A DNA stretch of 64,000 bases from Octopus sinensis (taxonomy: Eukaryota), in assembly GCF_006345805.1 (NCBI RefSeq), contig NC_043007.1, positions 18,166,001-18,230,000 of the forward strand. Reading direction: 5' to 3'. The position numbers and the translations under genes were made by a program. Below the pieces are notes generated by a model that did no database searches, was not told the origin of the DNA, and saw nothing but the letters and a program-made list of their open reading frames with translations. Positions 28,517 to 40,756 of the stretch are shown in pieces (position 1 is the stretch's first letter; every line of letters starts with the position of its first letter).

Positions 28517-28757
28517 AAGGCGGTGAGCTGGCAGAAATGTTAGCATGCTGGGCGAAATGTGTAGCAGTATTTCGTCTGCCGTTACGTTCTGAGTTCAAAT
28601 TCCACCGAGGTCGACTTTGCCTTTCATCCTTTTGGGGTCGATTAAATAAGTACCAGTTACACACTGGGGTCGATGTAATCGACTTAATCCGTTTGTCTGT
28701 CCTTGTTTGTCCTCTCTGTGTTTAGCCCCTTGTGGGTAGTAAAGAAATAGAAATAGG
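28517..28757 (+). mobile_element. SINE family B, full length
   Basis: Match to 16934-17212; (AGAAAT)n tail. Confidence 0.9.
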
Positions 28758-28805
28758 TATGAGAAATCTCTTTTGTCCTTTGAGTGGTTTCACTCATACA
28801 ATGTG

Positions 28806-28958
28806 GTTGTTGTTGTTGTTGTTGTTAAGCAACAAGACAGGTAAGGGTGCTCGTCTTGTTGTAGTCGAGGGCTCTTCATTGACACCTGACACCACTGGGA
28901 GGTGGCCCTCGAAGTCGCTGGAAATGGAGATCTCCGGGTCCAAATTCTTGGACGGCCT
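28806..28958 (-). mobile_element. Unclassified retroelement 3' end with (AAC)n tail
   Basis: A second, longer copy lies at 55160-55370. Confidence 0.55.
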
Positions 28959-29257
28959 CAAACAATGTATGAATTATTAATGTGGTTGTTAACAAAAAGC
29001 ATATCATTCAAATATGCTCCCAGATTGAAGCCCATCCCCTTCTCAATCAGTACTCTAGTCCTTTCTCCTTCTTTGAGTTCATCAACATCACCATCAGTCC
29101 ATTTAAAGGACTGTGAATTACATTCAGTACCAGGGAGAGATAGGTTCCTTCTTGTGTATCTTGTCTTTTCTTTGAACTCTCATTTAAAAAAATCTGCTTT
29201 AAAATTTTTGGCAGCACCATTTTCATCACTTTGCCATTCTTCTTTAGCCTCCCTTGT

Positions 29258-29267
29258 CTATCTATCC

Positions 29268-29346
<79 letters not shown>

Positions 29347-29832
29347 CACTCAGTCAAGGTCGACTCTCGGTTACTCAATGGATCAGTGTCCTCCAGCCAG
29401 TTCTATCCTGGGTCGCTTCTTTCAGATTGGCTATGTCCATTCCCATGTCACTTTTGATGGTGTCAAGCCAGCAGGTTCTCGGTCGGCCTCTTCCTCTCTT
29501 GTCACTGACCATTCCGAGCATGATGTCCTTCTCCAGGGATTTTCTCCGCATAATATGACCAAAATATGTCACTCTACGCTTGGTGATCCTAGCTTCTAGC
29601 AACAGTTTCAGCTTGATCTGGTTAAGAACTTCTCCATTGGTGAGCCTTGCTGTCCATGGAATCCGTAAAAGTATTTTCCAAACCAAAGCTTGAATGCATT
29701 AATTCTCTTCTGGTCAGCTTTCTTTAGTGTCCAGGTCTTGCATCCATATGTTGCTATTGGGAAGACGATTGCATTCCCCAATCTGCATTTGGTAGCGAGG
29801 CTGATGTCTCTACTCTTCCAGACCTTGCTCAC
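29258..29832 (-). mobile_element. RTE-BovB-like LINE 3' fragment with (GATA)n tail
   Basis: VWKSRDISLATKCRL..VFPIATYGCKTWTLKK..LLRIPWTARLTN..YFGHIMRRKSLEKDIMLG..GRGRPRTCWLD..QDRTGWRTLIH. Confidence 0.9.
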
Positions 29833-30801
29833 AGGATGATAAAATTGTGGTTCTACAGTTCTTGGGGGAAGGTGTTGCTCAGGTTCCTGGTCATTAACTC
29901 CTGGTTCTAAGTACAAGACAAATGTTTGGATTCTGATCGATGGCACTTTCTAAGCAATAGTTTCTGTTATTTTAATTGCTTTTGTATCTTTTCTGGCTAA
30001 CAATGCTACAATCAACCAATAATTGACTAATAATGCTAATAATATCAACCAACTACTGTAAGTAGACACTCCCTTTACCATTCTCTATTACAGTCAAACT
30101 TGCAGATTTGATTAGTTGTTGAAAGGCATTTTTTAAAGTACATAATGGTCAATACAAGTAGAGGAATATAGAAAACAAGACGGGGTTAAACTTTTTGACA
30201 GAAATTCCAAGTGCTTTTGATAAGAAAGTGTCTAAAACTGCACTTGTTCTTCAACAAATGGAGTTTTCAGCTTGTATCACTTGGGTCAATCAATCAGTCC
30301 AGATGTCTCAGGAAGGTCAATCAGATAACCAACATCTAAGACCTCGTAAACCACCAGACTGAATTGATGGGATTTTTGAATGCATAAAGGCAAAGGATCT
30401 AAAACTATATTCTTAGAGTATCCCTCTCTTGAAGTCTGCCAGCAATGTTTTATCAAGACTGCCATTGAATTGGTAAATGAAAGACATCTGCATCCTGCCC
30501 CTCAGTGTTACCTGAAAACACAATTAATCCTGTAGAGACTCTAGGTTTTGTCTGTTATGCTTGGTGTAGACCAGTCACGAACAAACTGCGTCCTGCAGGA
30601 CTTTCTGAATGGCAAGCTTAACGGAAAACTTACCTTGAATTTTTGGGGACAGTGCCACTTGCCTGATGAGGAGCAATGTCTCATGTGGCCTACTTCTCAT
30701 AAAAGGTTGTCTATGCTTGGTCTGGACCTTATAGATTATCAGCTCCTCATAAGAATCATCTCAGAACACACAGGTATATATATACATACATACATACATA
30801 C

Positions 30802-30856
<55 letters not shown>

Positions 30857-30889
30857 CATATACATATATATCATCATCATCATCATCGT

Positions 30890-30922
<33 letters not shown>

Positions 30923-31021
30923 AAGAATAGAAGTTCTCTGAATAATGAGGTGACTATTATCTGACAAGATGAATCAGTTATATATGTGTGTATGTATGTA
31001 TGTGTGTGTGTGTGTGTGTGT

Positions 31022-31058
<37 letters not shown>

Positions 31059-32187
31059 ATGTAATGAAATAGAGCGTCCGTTATTGCAATGTATCTTCAG
31101 TTATAAAATTGCAAATAAATACAGGTGATGGACTAATTGACTTATTACTGTCACAACATGATTACTGACCAACACATTTGAATAATTACACCACCAGATG
31201 CTCCTCCTTACACTCTGCTCCTCTTCTTCCTCTTCTTCCTCCTCTTTCCACTTGCACTTCCCCTTCATCATGTTGACTCAATGTTTATCATTAAAATATC
31301 TGACCACCTCTTCGTGTGTGTGTGAATGTATGTTTTGCATTGTCTGTCAGCTACCATTATCACAGTGCCAAGATTTCCTAGTCTGACAGTCTCCAATATA
31401 ATCCAAGACTCTGATGCCACTACACTGTGCTACCATTGTTACTGTGTACAACCAAGGAATATCTAGAACAATCAACTTTAGTTATTCATGATGATCTAGT
31501 TTTTATCAGGCTGGTTTGGCTTGCTATGCCATTCAGTATTGAAGGTGTACTTTTACTTTCCGTCCATTTTGTCATCATTCTGTGAAATATGAGATAGCAA
31601 TTGTGGTTTGGTTATTGGTTCGGGTGTTGATCTTCAATGACATAATTACCATTATCATCATCACCATCACTATTGTTGTAATTATCATGATCATGATACT
31701 GATGATGATGATCATCATCGTCATCATCACCACAACCTCCAACACCCCAACAAATCATTGTGCTTGTCGTCATCCTCCTCCTCCTCAACATCATAATTTT
31801 CATCATCATCATAACCAACATCAATACAATTCCAACCACCATCATCATCATCAGCTCAACAAGCAGACCTCCACATTGTTGCCATGATCGCTTGAAATAC
31901 CAAGTAAGCCTCCCTCAAATTAGACGTTACTGTCTTACAAAAAGGGAAGGTAGTTCCACTGGACAAGAGGTGGTTCTAGATATACTAAATGACAGGATGG
32001 ACAGGGCAGGAATGTTTTTGCTTCATCAAGGCAGGTCTGGGCAATCATCATCATCATCGTCGTCATCGTCATCATCATCGTCATCGTTGTCATCGTCGTC
32101 ATCGTCGTCATCATCGTCACCATCATCATTGCCGCCGCCGTCACCACCACCGCCACCACCACCACCACCAGGGAACTGGATTTTCAA

Positions 32188-32924
32188 ATGTAAATATAAC
32201 CATTAACGGTAGGAACTTCTATAAAAGTTCAATATATATTTTGTATATGTCGTATGTGGAGTCTTATTTGTAGAAAATAAAAGTAAACAGTCTTTGACTG
32301 CTCTTTCTAATTTTTTTCAGTATGTGGCTAAGCAACCTGTTGCCTACCTTTTATTTATATACAAATATATATATTGAACTTTTATAAAAGTTCCTACCGT
32401 TAATGGTTATATTTACATGCCGAAATCTACCAGTAAATAATTGTTGGGTTTTTTTAAAACCATTAAAGCTATTTTTTACTCTTATTATATTACTAATTGG
32501 AATTTTCACTCCCTTACGACAGACAACCCATAGTTTCTATCTCGAAGGAACTATTTTTGTAATACGCATAGTAAAATTTTGGAGGGAAAATTTATGGATT
32601 CAATCGTCTAATGCTTGCTTTCTTCCACTATTTTGATTGTTACCTGATCAAGAAGTGGGGGTACGTAGCATTTGATAAATCTATTTTAGCGGAAGTTTAC
32701 ACTGACGAAGGACATGGAATTGATATTTTATTATATTCCTAATCCAGAAACGCGTTCGTAAATAACTGTTAGACTTTGTTTTCGTTATTTCTTCCTTCTG
32801 TTTTGCATATGTGAATTACAGGGATATGTCGTATATGGAGTCTTATTCGTAGAATATAGAAATAGACAGTCTTTGACTGCTATTTCTAATTTTTTCGGTA
32901 TGTGGCTAAGCAACCTGTTGCCTG

Positions 32925-32930
<6 letters not shown>
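32188..32930 (+). mobile_element. Non-coding Penelope-pLTR/retrozyme-like unit with terminal direct repeat and 5' inverted segment
   Basis: Direct repeat 32245-32352 / 32824-32930; inverted repeat 32188-32247 / 32357-32418; internal hammerhead; ends in (TA)n. Confidence 0.65.
32696..32762 (+). ncRNA. Type I hammerhead ribozyme motif
   Basis: tttaca-CTGACGA-a-gga..tcc-a-GAAA-cgcg-TT-cgtaaa: canonical core boxes, helix I, long helix II, palindromic helix III (acgcgt). Confidence 0.7.
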
Positions 32931-33006
<76 letters not shown>

Positions 33007-33047
33007 TATATATATATATATATATTATAATATATATATAATATATA

Positions 33048-33095
<48 letters not shown>

Positions 33096-34817
33096 TATAT
33101 ATATAGATATATATATATATATATACATGTATATATATACATACATACTTACTTTTACATATATATATATATTGGCAGGTCAGAATGTAAAAGATCAGAA
33201 GGAACACTGCAAGGCATATCTTTTTGACACTCTAATGATTCTGTCACTTCTCTGTCTTTGGATAATAGGGAATCATATTTGCTCAGAAGCTCAATAATTA
33301 TCAAAAAATTCTACTTGAACTATTACCAATTTATTCAGAAGAATCATAGAAAGAGAACTATTTCTCTGACAGAAACAGGATAATATCAAGAATGTGATGA
33401 AAAAAAAACCTTTATAGGTTCCTTTCAACTTTGATCTGGTAATCGATTTAATTGGCATCTGATGTTGAAGAATGGCTCATTGCTGTTTTACTTGCTTTGT
33501 TTCATGTAAAACAGTTTTGTTTGTGTAAATGCAAATTTTCATTATTAGAGCCTTTGGTATGTGATCCTTTAATTTTCCCCAACTTTTTTCAAAACACTAT
33601 CCTGAATCTGATTAATGCACTCATATTAGTCAAGGCATCACTCTTGCTAAACAGAAAAAAAAAACGTCTAAGATGCAGAAAACTGATTGCTTCATTTGAC
33701 TCCAAAACAGCCAACCCCATTTACACTTTTCTTTATTTTTAGTGTTGCTATAAAAAAAAGGAAAAGAAAAAAACAAGCTAAATAAATAAAAACAAAAAAG
33801 GAGAATGAAATATAAATAATTGATTATTCATATTCTAGCAGACATCAATGGGTACTTGATCCTGAGTTTCCTTCTTTCCAATAAATCCAGGTGGAGGCTT
33901 TTCCAGTTGTGAACATTTCTTTTATTGACATCAACATCAGATACAGATGGCAATTTTAGTTCTATTGTTGGTTCTATCAGGTTTATAATCAGTTTCTCTG
34001 AGAGTATTAACTTCAGTACTTGTAAAGAGATCTTGTCTGACACTTGTGTCAACAAGACCAGTGTAGTCATTATCTGAATCACATTGCCAGTAATTCCAGA
34101 CAAAAGAAGTCAATCAATTGATTTGCAACTTTTGTCAAGTTCATTGAGTAGTTTGAGACACTTTCTTTTTTTCACTCTTCCAACTAGAATTAATGAGTGT
34201 AAATTTTTGTGCCTTTGCTTTTGATTGAAAATAAAAAGTTAATACCTGGACATAAAAGTAATATTACTTATCTAAACAATTTTTTTGAAAGCATCAAATC
34301 TATGTTCTTCATGAAATAAAATACATTAGCACAAAATCCATTCTCATTGAGTGTGAACAAATTGAAGCAAATGTCTGTCTTTACGTTCTGAGTTCAACTT
34401 TGCCTTTCATCCTTTTGGGGTTGGTAAATTAAGTTCCTGTTGCATACTGGGGTTGATCTAATTGCCTGGACCTCTCCCCCATAATTTTGGGCCTTGTGCC
34501 TAGAGCAGAAAAGAATATAACAATATGTCATATGTGTGTGTGTGTGAGTGTGTATACACACGTGTATACATATACAGGCATACCTCACCCTATGTCCTTA
34601 ATTAGTTCCAGGAGACATAACTTAAGTTAGTTTGAGTCACAAAATGAGCCCCCTTTCAAAAAGATGTAAAAAAATCTGAAAATTTTTCATATTAAACATT
34701 CATTTTTTATTCAGGATCTAATTTGTATCATTCACAAAATATACATCTTTTTAAAAGTAAGAAAAAAAATTAGAAAATTTTATTTGACATTCTTTCCTTG
34801 ACATTTCCATTGCTTGT

Positions 34818-35663
34818 TTAACCCCGTAATGGATTATCCCGAGTTTACTTGTGCATCGCAAATGTATCTTTTTAGAACCAGACGAGTATACTCGGTCAAA
34901 ATTAATTTTAAATTTTAGCATCAAATGAGTTTATTTGTTTTGTGTCGTTTCATTTTTAAGCAATCACGAATTTACTTGCGGTGTTTAAAAAAAATAAGTA
35001 TTTTTTCATTTGATGGATTTGGCTATCTGGAATGCTTATGTTTTGTATAAAGCATCTTTGGAAACTTCAGCTTCTGTTATGAAACTGCTGAAATTTAGAA
35101 TGCAAATAATCACCAAAATTATTGAAAAATATAGGCCCTTATTGCCTCCCACGAAACCAGGAAGACCATCATCGATCCCACATCCAACAAGATTTGCCCC
35201 AGCTGGTCACTTTCCCCATGGAAATGCCACCAAGTGATAAGAAAAAGAACCCTACAAGACAGTGTGCAAAATGTGCAGAGAAGAGAGATGCTAAAGGAAA
35301 GAAGATTCAAAGAGAAAGCAGATACATGCGTGATGTCTGCAAGATAACTTTGTGTGTGTTTTAAAAATTATCATTCTAAAGAAACTATCTCATTTAAAAA
35401 AAAATTTCCTTTGATTTAAAAGCAATACATCTTATAAAATATCAAAGATAGATAATTCTGTATGTATTTTTTCAATGTCTGAGCTAATTCATTTAAATCC
35501 AAATGAATAAAAGTACATTTTAATTTCTATAATAAAAAAATAAAAGAAACAAGATAAAAAACTTTTTTGTAATTAACACAGTGTATATAATTAAAAAAGG
35601 AAAAAATTAAAATGCTCTGAAATGAAACGCCATGTCAAAATAATTGATCCATTAAGGGGTTAA
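34818..35663 (+). mobile_element. Internally deleted piggyBac with transposase C-terminal remnant
   Basis: TTAA|ccccgtaatggat ... atccattaagggg|TTAA; DLAIWNAYVLYK..LKFRMQI..HFP..PTRQCAKC..RESRY..CKITLC (cysteine-rich tail); empty site with a single TTAA at 40300-40303. Confidence 0.9.
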
Positions 35664-36109
35664 TTAGCTTAGCTCCCAGTATCCAATAACTTCTGGGCTC
35701 TAGCAAAGGACATATACTTGTTCATGGATGATAACTGGCTGCAATAAATATATTCCTACTTTATTAAAAGTTTGCTCTTTTGAATTATTTATAATCTCAT
35801 AATATAATAAATGTTGTAGAAAGTGGATCCTTGCCATTTTAAATGGTAAACTTCCATTTCCAATGGGAATTGGATCTTTTCCATTTTTAATGGTCATCTG
35901 TTGCCTTTCTGATTCCACATATAAAAACTTGTCAGACATTATTATCAAAGCTTTAATTCAGTTTTTCAGGAAGGTTGAGGATACATCTGCTCCAGCTTGG
36001 AACTTAGAACTTAGAGGGAGAGGGTGGGAGGAGGGAGTGAGTTCAAAAGTTCATCAGTATAGCAATCATCTTTCTAAATGATCATTATTTAATAATTTAT
36101 CAAATACTG

Positions 36110-36118
<9 letters not shown>
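35664..36118 (-). pseudogene. Helitron Pif1-like helicase C-terminal remnant (left arm of inverted duplication)
   Basis: SLPFKMARIHF..IINNSKEQTFNKVGIYLLQPVIIHEQVYV matches the Helitron block LPF..RRQFP..TINKSQGQT..KVGIYL..PVF.HGQLYV. Confidence 0.75.
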
Positions 36119-36140
<22 letters not shown>

Positions 36141-37131
36141 TTTCATCATTATCATTACCATCGCCCCCTCACCTCCCCCACCATCATCCCCACCCCTACC
36201 ACCACCACCATCGTTGCCACTGCCACCACCACCACACCACCACCACTACCACCACCATCATCATCACCACCGCCGCCGCCACCACCACCACACTGCCGCC
36301 ACCACCACCACCACAACCACTGTTTCAACGTCCACTTTTCCATGCATGCATAAGTTGGACAGAGTCTATTGATTTTTTTTCTACAACTGGGTGTCCTTCG
36401 TGTTGCCAACCCTCACCTGTTTCCAAGCAAGATGGTCTGACATATTTTTGTAGAATATATTGGAAATGAACGACATTCATTTACAACAATCATGAGATGT
36501 CAGGGCAAGGCAACACAAACACAGACACACAAACACATCCAGCCATCCAGTTCTAGAAAAATCAATAAACACTGTCCAACTCATGCATGCAAGGAAAAGT
36601 GGACATTAAAGCAACAATGAAATGATGATGGTGGTGATGGTGGTGATGGTGGTGATGGTGGTGATGGTGATGGTGACAGTGGCAGTGGTGGGGGTGGGGA
36701 TGATGATGATGATGATGATAATGATACTCTTTTACTTATTTCAGTCATTTGACTGTGGCCGTCCTGGAGCACCGCCTTTAGTCTAGCAAATCGACCCTAG
36801 GACTTATTCTTTGGAAGCCTAGTACTTATTCTATCAGTCTCTTTTGCCAAACCACTAAGTTACAGGGACATAAACACACCACCATAGTTGTCAAGTGATG
36901 CTAGGGAGACAAACATATACACACAGATACATATATATATATATATATATATATAGATAAGAAAGTTTGTTTGGTAAAGCACGTGGATGAATATATAAGA
37001 AAATAGTAAAGTGTGTGAAAAAACGACAGAAGGCTTAAATGTTAAAAAATATATATATTTGTGTCAAAATGTCTGGAGAATATTGGAAAAATTTTTCCCT
37101 TTCCTTAAAATGACATAATTTAAAATTTTTA

Positions 37132-37171
37132 AAGAAATTACCGGTTTCGCGTGTAGCTTTTCAAATTTCTT
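37132..37171 (-). ncRNA. Minimal hammerhead ribozyme variant in the inverted pLTR
   Basis: Reverse complement of 39439-39478. Confidence 0.7.
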
Positions 37172-39438
37172 GTGACGTTATGTTTATATTGCATGGAATT
37201 ATCGTTGTTTTTATTTCCAGGAGATTTCTAAATAAGGGGAGGTAGTGAGTGATTTTTTCCGTGTAGGGGAGATAATCGCTTAAAAAATTTTTTTTCCATT
37301 TCCTTGTTAATTTCTCTGTGTCAGTATGTTCGGATGGTTGAGTCTGGGTTTGTACTTTTCAATGAAGAATGTTTCCTTGTTCAGTCTCATTTGTGTTGAT
37401 GATCCGAAAGCACATTGGTAAAATGGGAAGATTAAAAATTGTGGGATACATCATACTACAGAAATCTTGTAATTTCCTTGCTTGATGAAGACCTACATTA
37501 TGAAAAAATTACCAACTACACCCCACAAAAAATAATGAAAACTCTATCTTCACTAATTAAAACCCATGAAAAGGAACTGACAACCAAAGAGATTGATTTC
37601 CTAACAAACTTTAAATGCAAACCTAGCCTTTTCTATGGTCTGCCAAAAATTCATAAAAGTCAAATTATAATGAAACCATTAAAAAATCACCAAAGACATA
37701 CATACACACACCTAATCCGGGGGACCTAAAACTACGACCCATTGTAGCTGGCCCAACCTGTGAAACACACAGACTAAGTCTACTTATGGACATCCTCTTG
37801 AAACCCTTCCTTAAACATATCAATAGCCATATCAGAGATGACTTAGATATGTTAAACCACCTTCCAAAAAAAACCAAGGAAGAAACAATCCTGGTTTCAT
37901 TTGATGTAGTCAACTTGTATACCAGTATACCTCATAATTATGGACTGGAGGCAATACAATTCTGGTTAGACCAATTTCCGGAAGAAATACCAAAAAGGAT
38001 CAGTAAAGAATTCATTACTAAATCAATTGAATTCATCCTACAAATAACCACTTCATGTTTGACAATACATTTTACCGTCAAAAATCCGGAATTGCTATGG
38101 GTACAAGGGCAGCACCAGTCATTGCGAACTTAACAATGGGATACATGGAAATAATCATTTACCAGGAATCTCTATCAATCTTGGAAAACTCCCTCTCTCA
38201 ATACATAAAAGAGAATTGGAAACGATTCCTAGACGATTGTTTCATTCTCTGGAATGAAAACATAGATAAACTCCTAAAATTTAAAAACCTATTGAACAGC
38301 ATAAACCCAAATATACAGTTCACAATGGAATACAACCAAAAGGAGCTCCCGTTCTTGGATATACTAATTAAAAAAATTAACCTTAAAATAGAAACAGACA
38401 TTTTACAAAGCCACAGACGCCAAACAATACCTTCTTTTTAATTCATGCCACCCAAGACACACTAAAACAAACATCCCCTTCAACCTTGCAAGAAGGATAT
38501 GCACAATAGTGTCAGACAAAATACCAGGAACTTTAGACTGCAAGAACTCAAAACACCCTAATTGACAGACATTACCCAGCTCAACTCATAGAGGATGGGA
38601 TCAGACGTGCAACAGAAATCAACATAGAAACTATTAAGAAAAGTTCAACACAACAACACACCTTCCCCGAAAATACTACCTTACATATCTACATACAACC
38701 CCAGAAACAAAGAAGCCTTCACCATCATCACCCAGAATTTACCAATACTTCATAAAAACCCAAAATTAAAGGAAATTCTAAACATACACCAAATCATTAA
38801 AAGCTACAAACAGCCTAAATCACTTAAAAAGATTCTCACAAAGGCAAAATTGTCTTCTAAAATTACGGATGCAAAAGTAAAAAAATGTGGTGTAGATCGA
38901 ACTGTGCAACATGTCCTAACCTATTGGAAGGATCAGAATTCCTCTTTAAAGAGGGACAGAAATTTAAGATCAAATCTAACTTTACTTGTGCCTCTGAAAA
39001 CATAATTTATGTTATTAAATGCTCGGGCTGCCACCAAGACTACGTGGGTTCCACGGGACTATCACTCAGGCGCAGATGCACACTGCATCGACAACAGATT
39101 GCATTCCCAGAATATAGAATGATACCTTTTAGTGAGCACATTGAGAAATGCGCAAAGCAACTACTGCCACAATTTTTAATCTTCCCATTTTACCAATGTG
39201 CTTTCGGATCATCAACACAAATGAGACTGAACAAGGAAACATTCTTCATTGAAAAGTACAAACCCAGACTCAACCATCCGAACATACTGACACAGAGAAA
39301 TTAACAAGGAAATGAAAAAAAATTTTTTAAGCGATTATCTCCCCTACACCGGAAAAAATCACTCACTACCTCCCCTTATTTAGAAATCTCCTGGAATAAA
39401 AAACAACGATATTCCATGCAATATAAACATAACGTCAC

Positions 39439-39478
39439 AAGAAATTTGAAAAGCTACACGCGAAACCGGTAATTTCTT
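39439..39478 (+). ncRNA. Minimal type I hammerhead ribozyme variant (U3-A8 core) in pLTR
   Basis: aagaaat-TTGAAAA-gc tacac gc-GAAA-ccg-GTA-atttctt: perfect 7-bp helix I, 2-bp helix II, palindromic helix III accggt. Confidence 0.72.
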
Positions 39479-39612
39479 TAAAAATTTTTAAATTATGTCA
39501 TTTTAAGGAAAAGAAAAAAATTTTTCCAATATTCTCCAGACATTTTGACACAAATATATATATTTTTTAACATTTAAGCCTTCTGTCGTTTTTTCACACT
39601 TTACTATTTTCT

Positions 39613-39646
<34 letters not shown>

Positions 39647-39835
39647 ATATATATATAATCAAATATACAACAGGCTTCTTTCAGTTTCCATCTACCAAAA
39701 CCACTCACAAGGTTTTGGTCAGCCTGAGGCTATAGTAGAAGACACTTGCCCAAGGTGCCACGCAGTGGGAATGAACCCAGAACCATGTGGTTGGTAAGCA
39801 AGCTACTTACCACACAGCCACATGATGATAATGAT

Positions 39836-40364
39836 GATTTCAGTATTTGATAAATTATTAAATAATGATCATTTAGGAAGAAGATTGCTATACTGATGAA
39901 CTTTTGAACTCACTCTCTCCTCCCACCCTCTCCCTCTGCAGTTCTACAACATGTTCTAAGTTCCAAGCTGGAGCAGATGTATCCTCAACCTTCCTGAAAA
40001 ACTGAATTAAAGCTTTGATAATAATGTCTGACAAGTTTTTATATGTGGAATCAGAAAGGCAACAGATGACCATTAAAAATGGAAAAGATCCAATTTCCAT
40101 TGGAAATGGAAGTTTACCATTTAAAATGGCAAGGATCCACTTTCTACAACATTTATTATATTATGAGATTATAAATAATTCAAAAGAGCAAACTTTTAAT
40201 AAAGTAGGAATATATTTATTGCAGCCAGTTATCATCCATGAACAAGTATATGTCTTCTACTAGAGCCCAGACATTATTGGATACTGGGAGCTAAGCTAAT
40301 TAAACAAGCAATGGAAATATCAAGGAAAGAATGTCAAATAAAATGTTATGTACAGTGAAGTTCC
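39836..40364 (+). pseudogene. Helitron helicase C-terminal remnant (right arm of inverted duplication)
   Basis: Same motifs as 35664-36118, continuing to NVMYSEV (cf. Helitron terminal NVVYKEV). Confidence 0.75.
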
Positions 40365-40376
40365 CAACTAAATGCT

Positions 40377-40672
40377 TGTTCCTTCTCGAGCCATGCCTAG
40401 CTCATAAGGGTCAGTTTCCTGGTTTCCTTGCCGTATAGGTTCCCCACCTGGATGGGACACCGGCCCATCGCAGGTGAGCTGCAAGATGCAGTAGGAAAGA
40501 GTGAGAGAAAGTTATGGTGAAAGAGTCAGCAGAAGTTTCGCCATTACCTTCTGCCAGAGCCACGTGGGGCTTAGGTGTTTCACTCATAAACACACACATA
40601 GCCCAGTCTGAAATTCGAACTCGCGATCCCTCAACTGCGAGTCCGCTGCTCTAACCACTAGGCCATGTGCCT
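40377..40672 (-). mobile_element. tRNA-derived SINE (family C variant with RTE-5'-like gaaggtaatggcgaaac block)
   Basis: A box tggcctagtgg, B box gttcgaattt; 12-bp TSD caactaaatgct at 40365-40376 and 40673-40684. Confidence 0.88.
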
Positions 40673-40756
40673 CAACTAAATGCTGTATGTGTTCAGGCCT
40701 GAAATTTACACCCATTTAGTTATGCTTAATACTCAGTATATATTTACAAACAGTGA

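Larger units (their letters stand above)
36957..39615 (+). mobile_element. Penelope-like element (Neptune-type), 5'-truncated RT + Cys linker + GIY-YIG endonuclease, with inverted pLTR copy at the 5' end
   Basis: FYGLPKIHK, LRPIVA, SFDVVNLYTSIP, YRQKSGIAMGTRAAP..ANL, KRFLDDCF, LPFLDI, CRSNCATCP, NIIYVIKCSGCHQDYVGST..LRRR..HRQQI; about 36994-37444 is the reverse complement of about 39168-39617. Confidence 0.95.
36726..39821 (-). mobile_element. SINE family A split by a Penelope-like element inserted in its (TA)n tract
   Basis: 3' half at 36726-36930, 5' half at 39665-39821; 14-bp TSD atgatgataatgat at 36712-36725 and 39822-39835. Confidence 0.88.

Noticed and set aside
28902-29599. 218-aa plus-strand ORF
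   Set aside because: Runs through (TATC)n and the antisense strand of an RTE fragment.
29840-30770. Possible decayed coding sequence (WSGPYR, like a GPY/F integrase motif); also 33300-34250
   Set aside because: Only one short motif amid many stops; cannot be assigned without a profile search.
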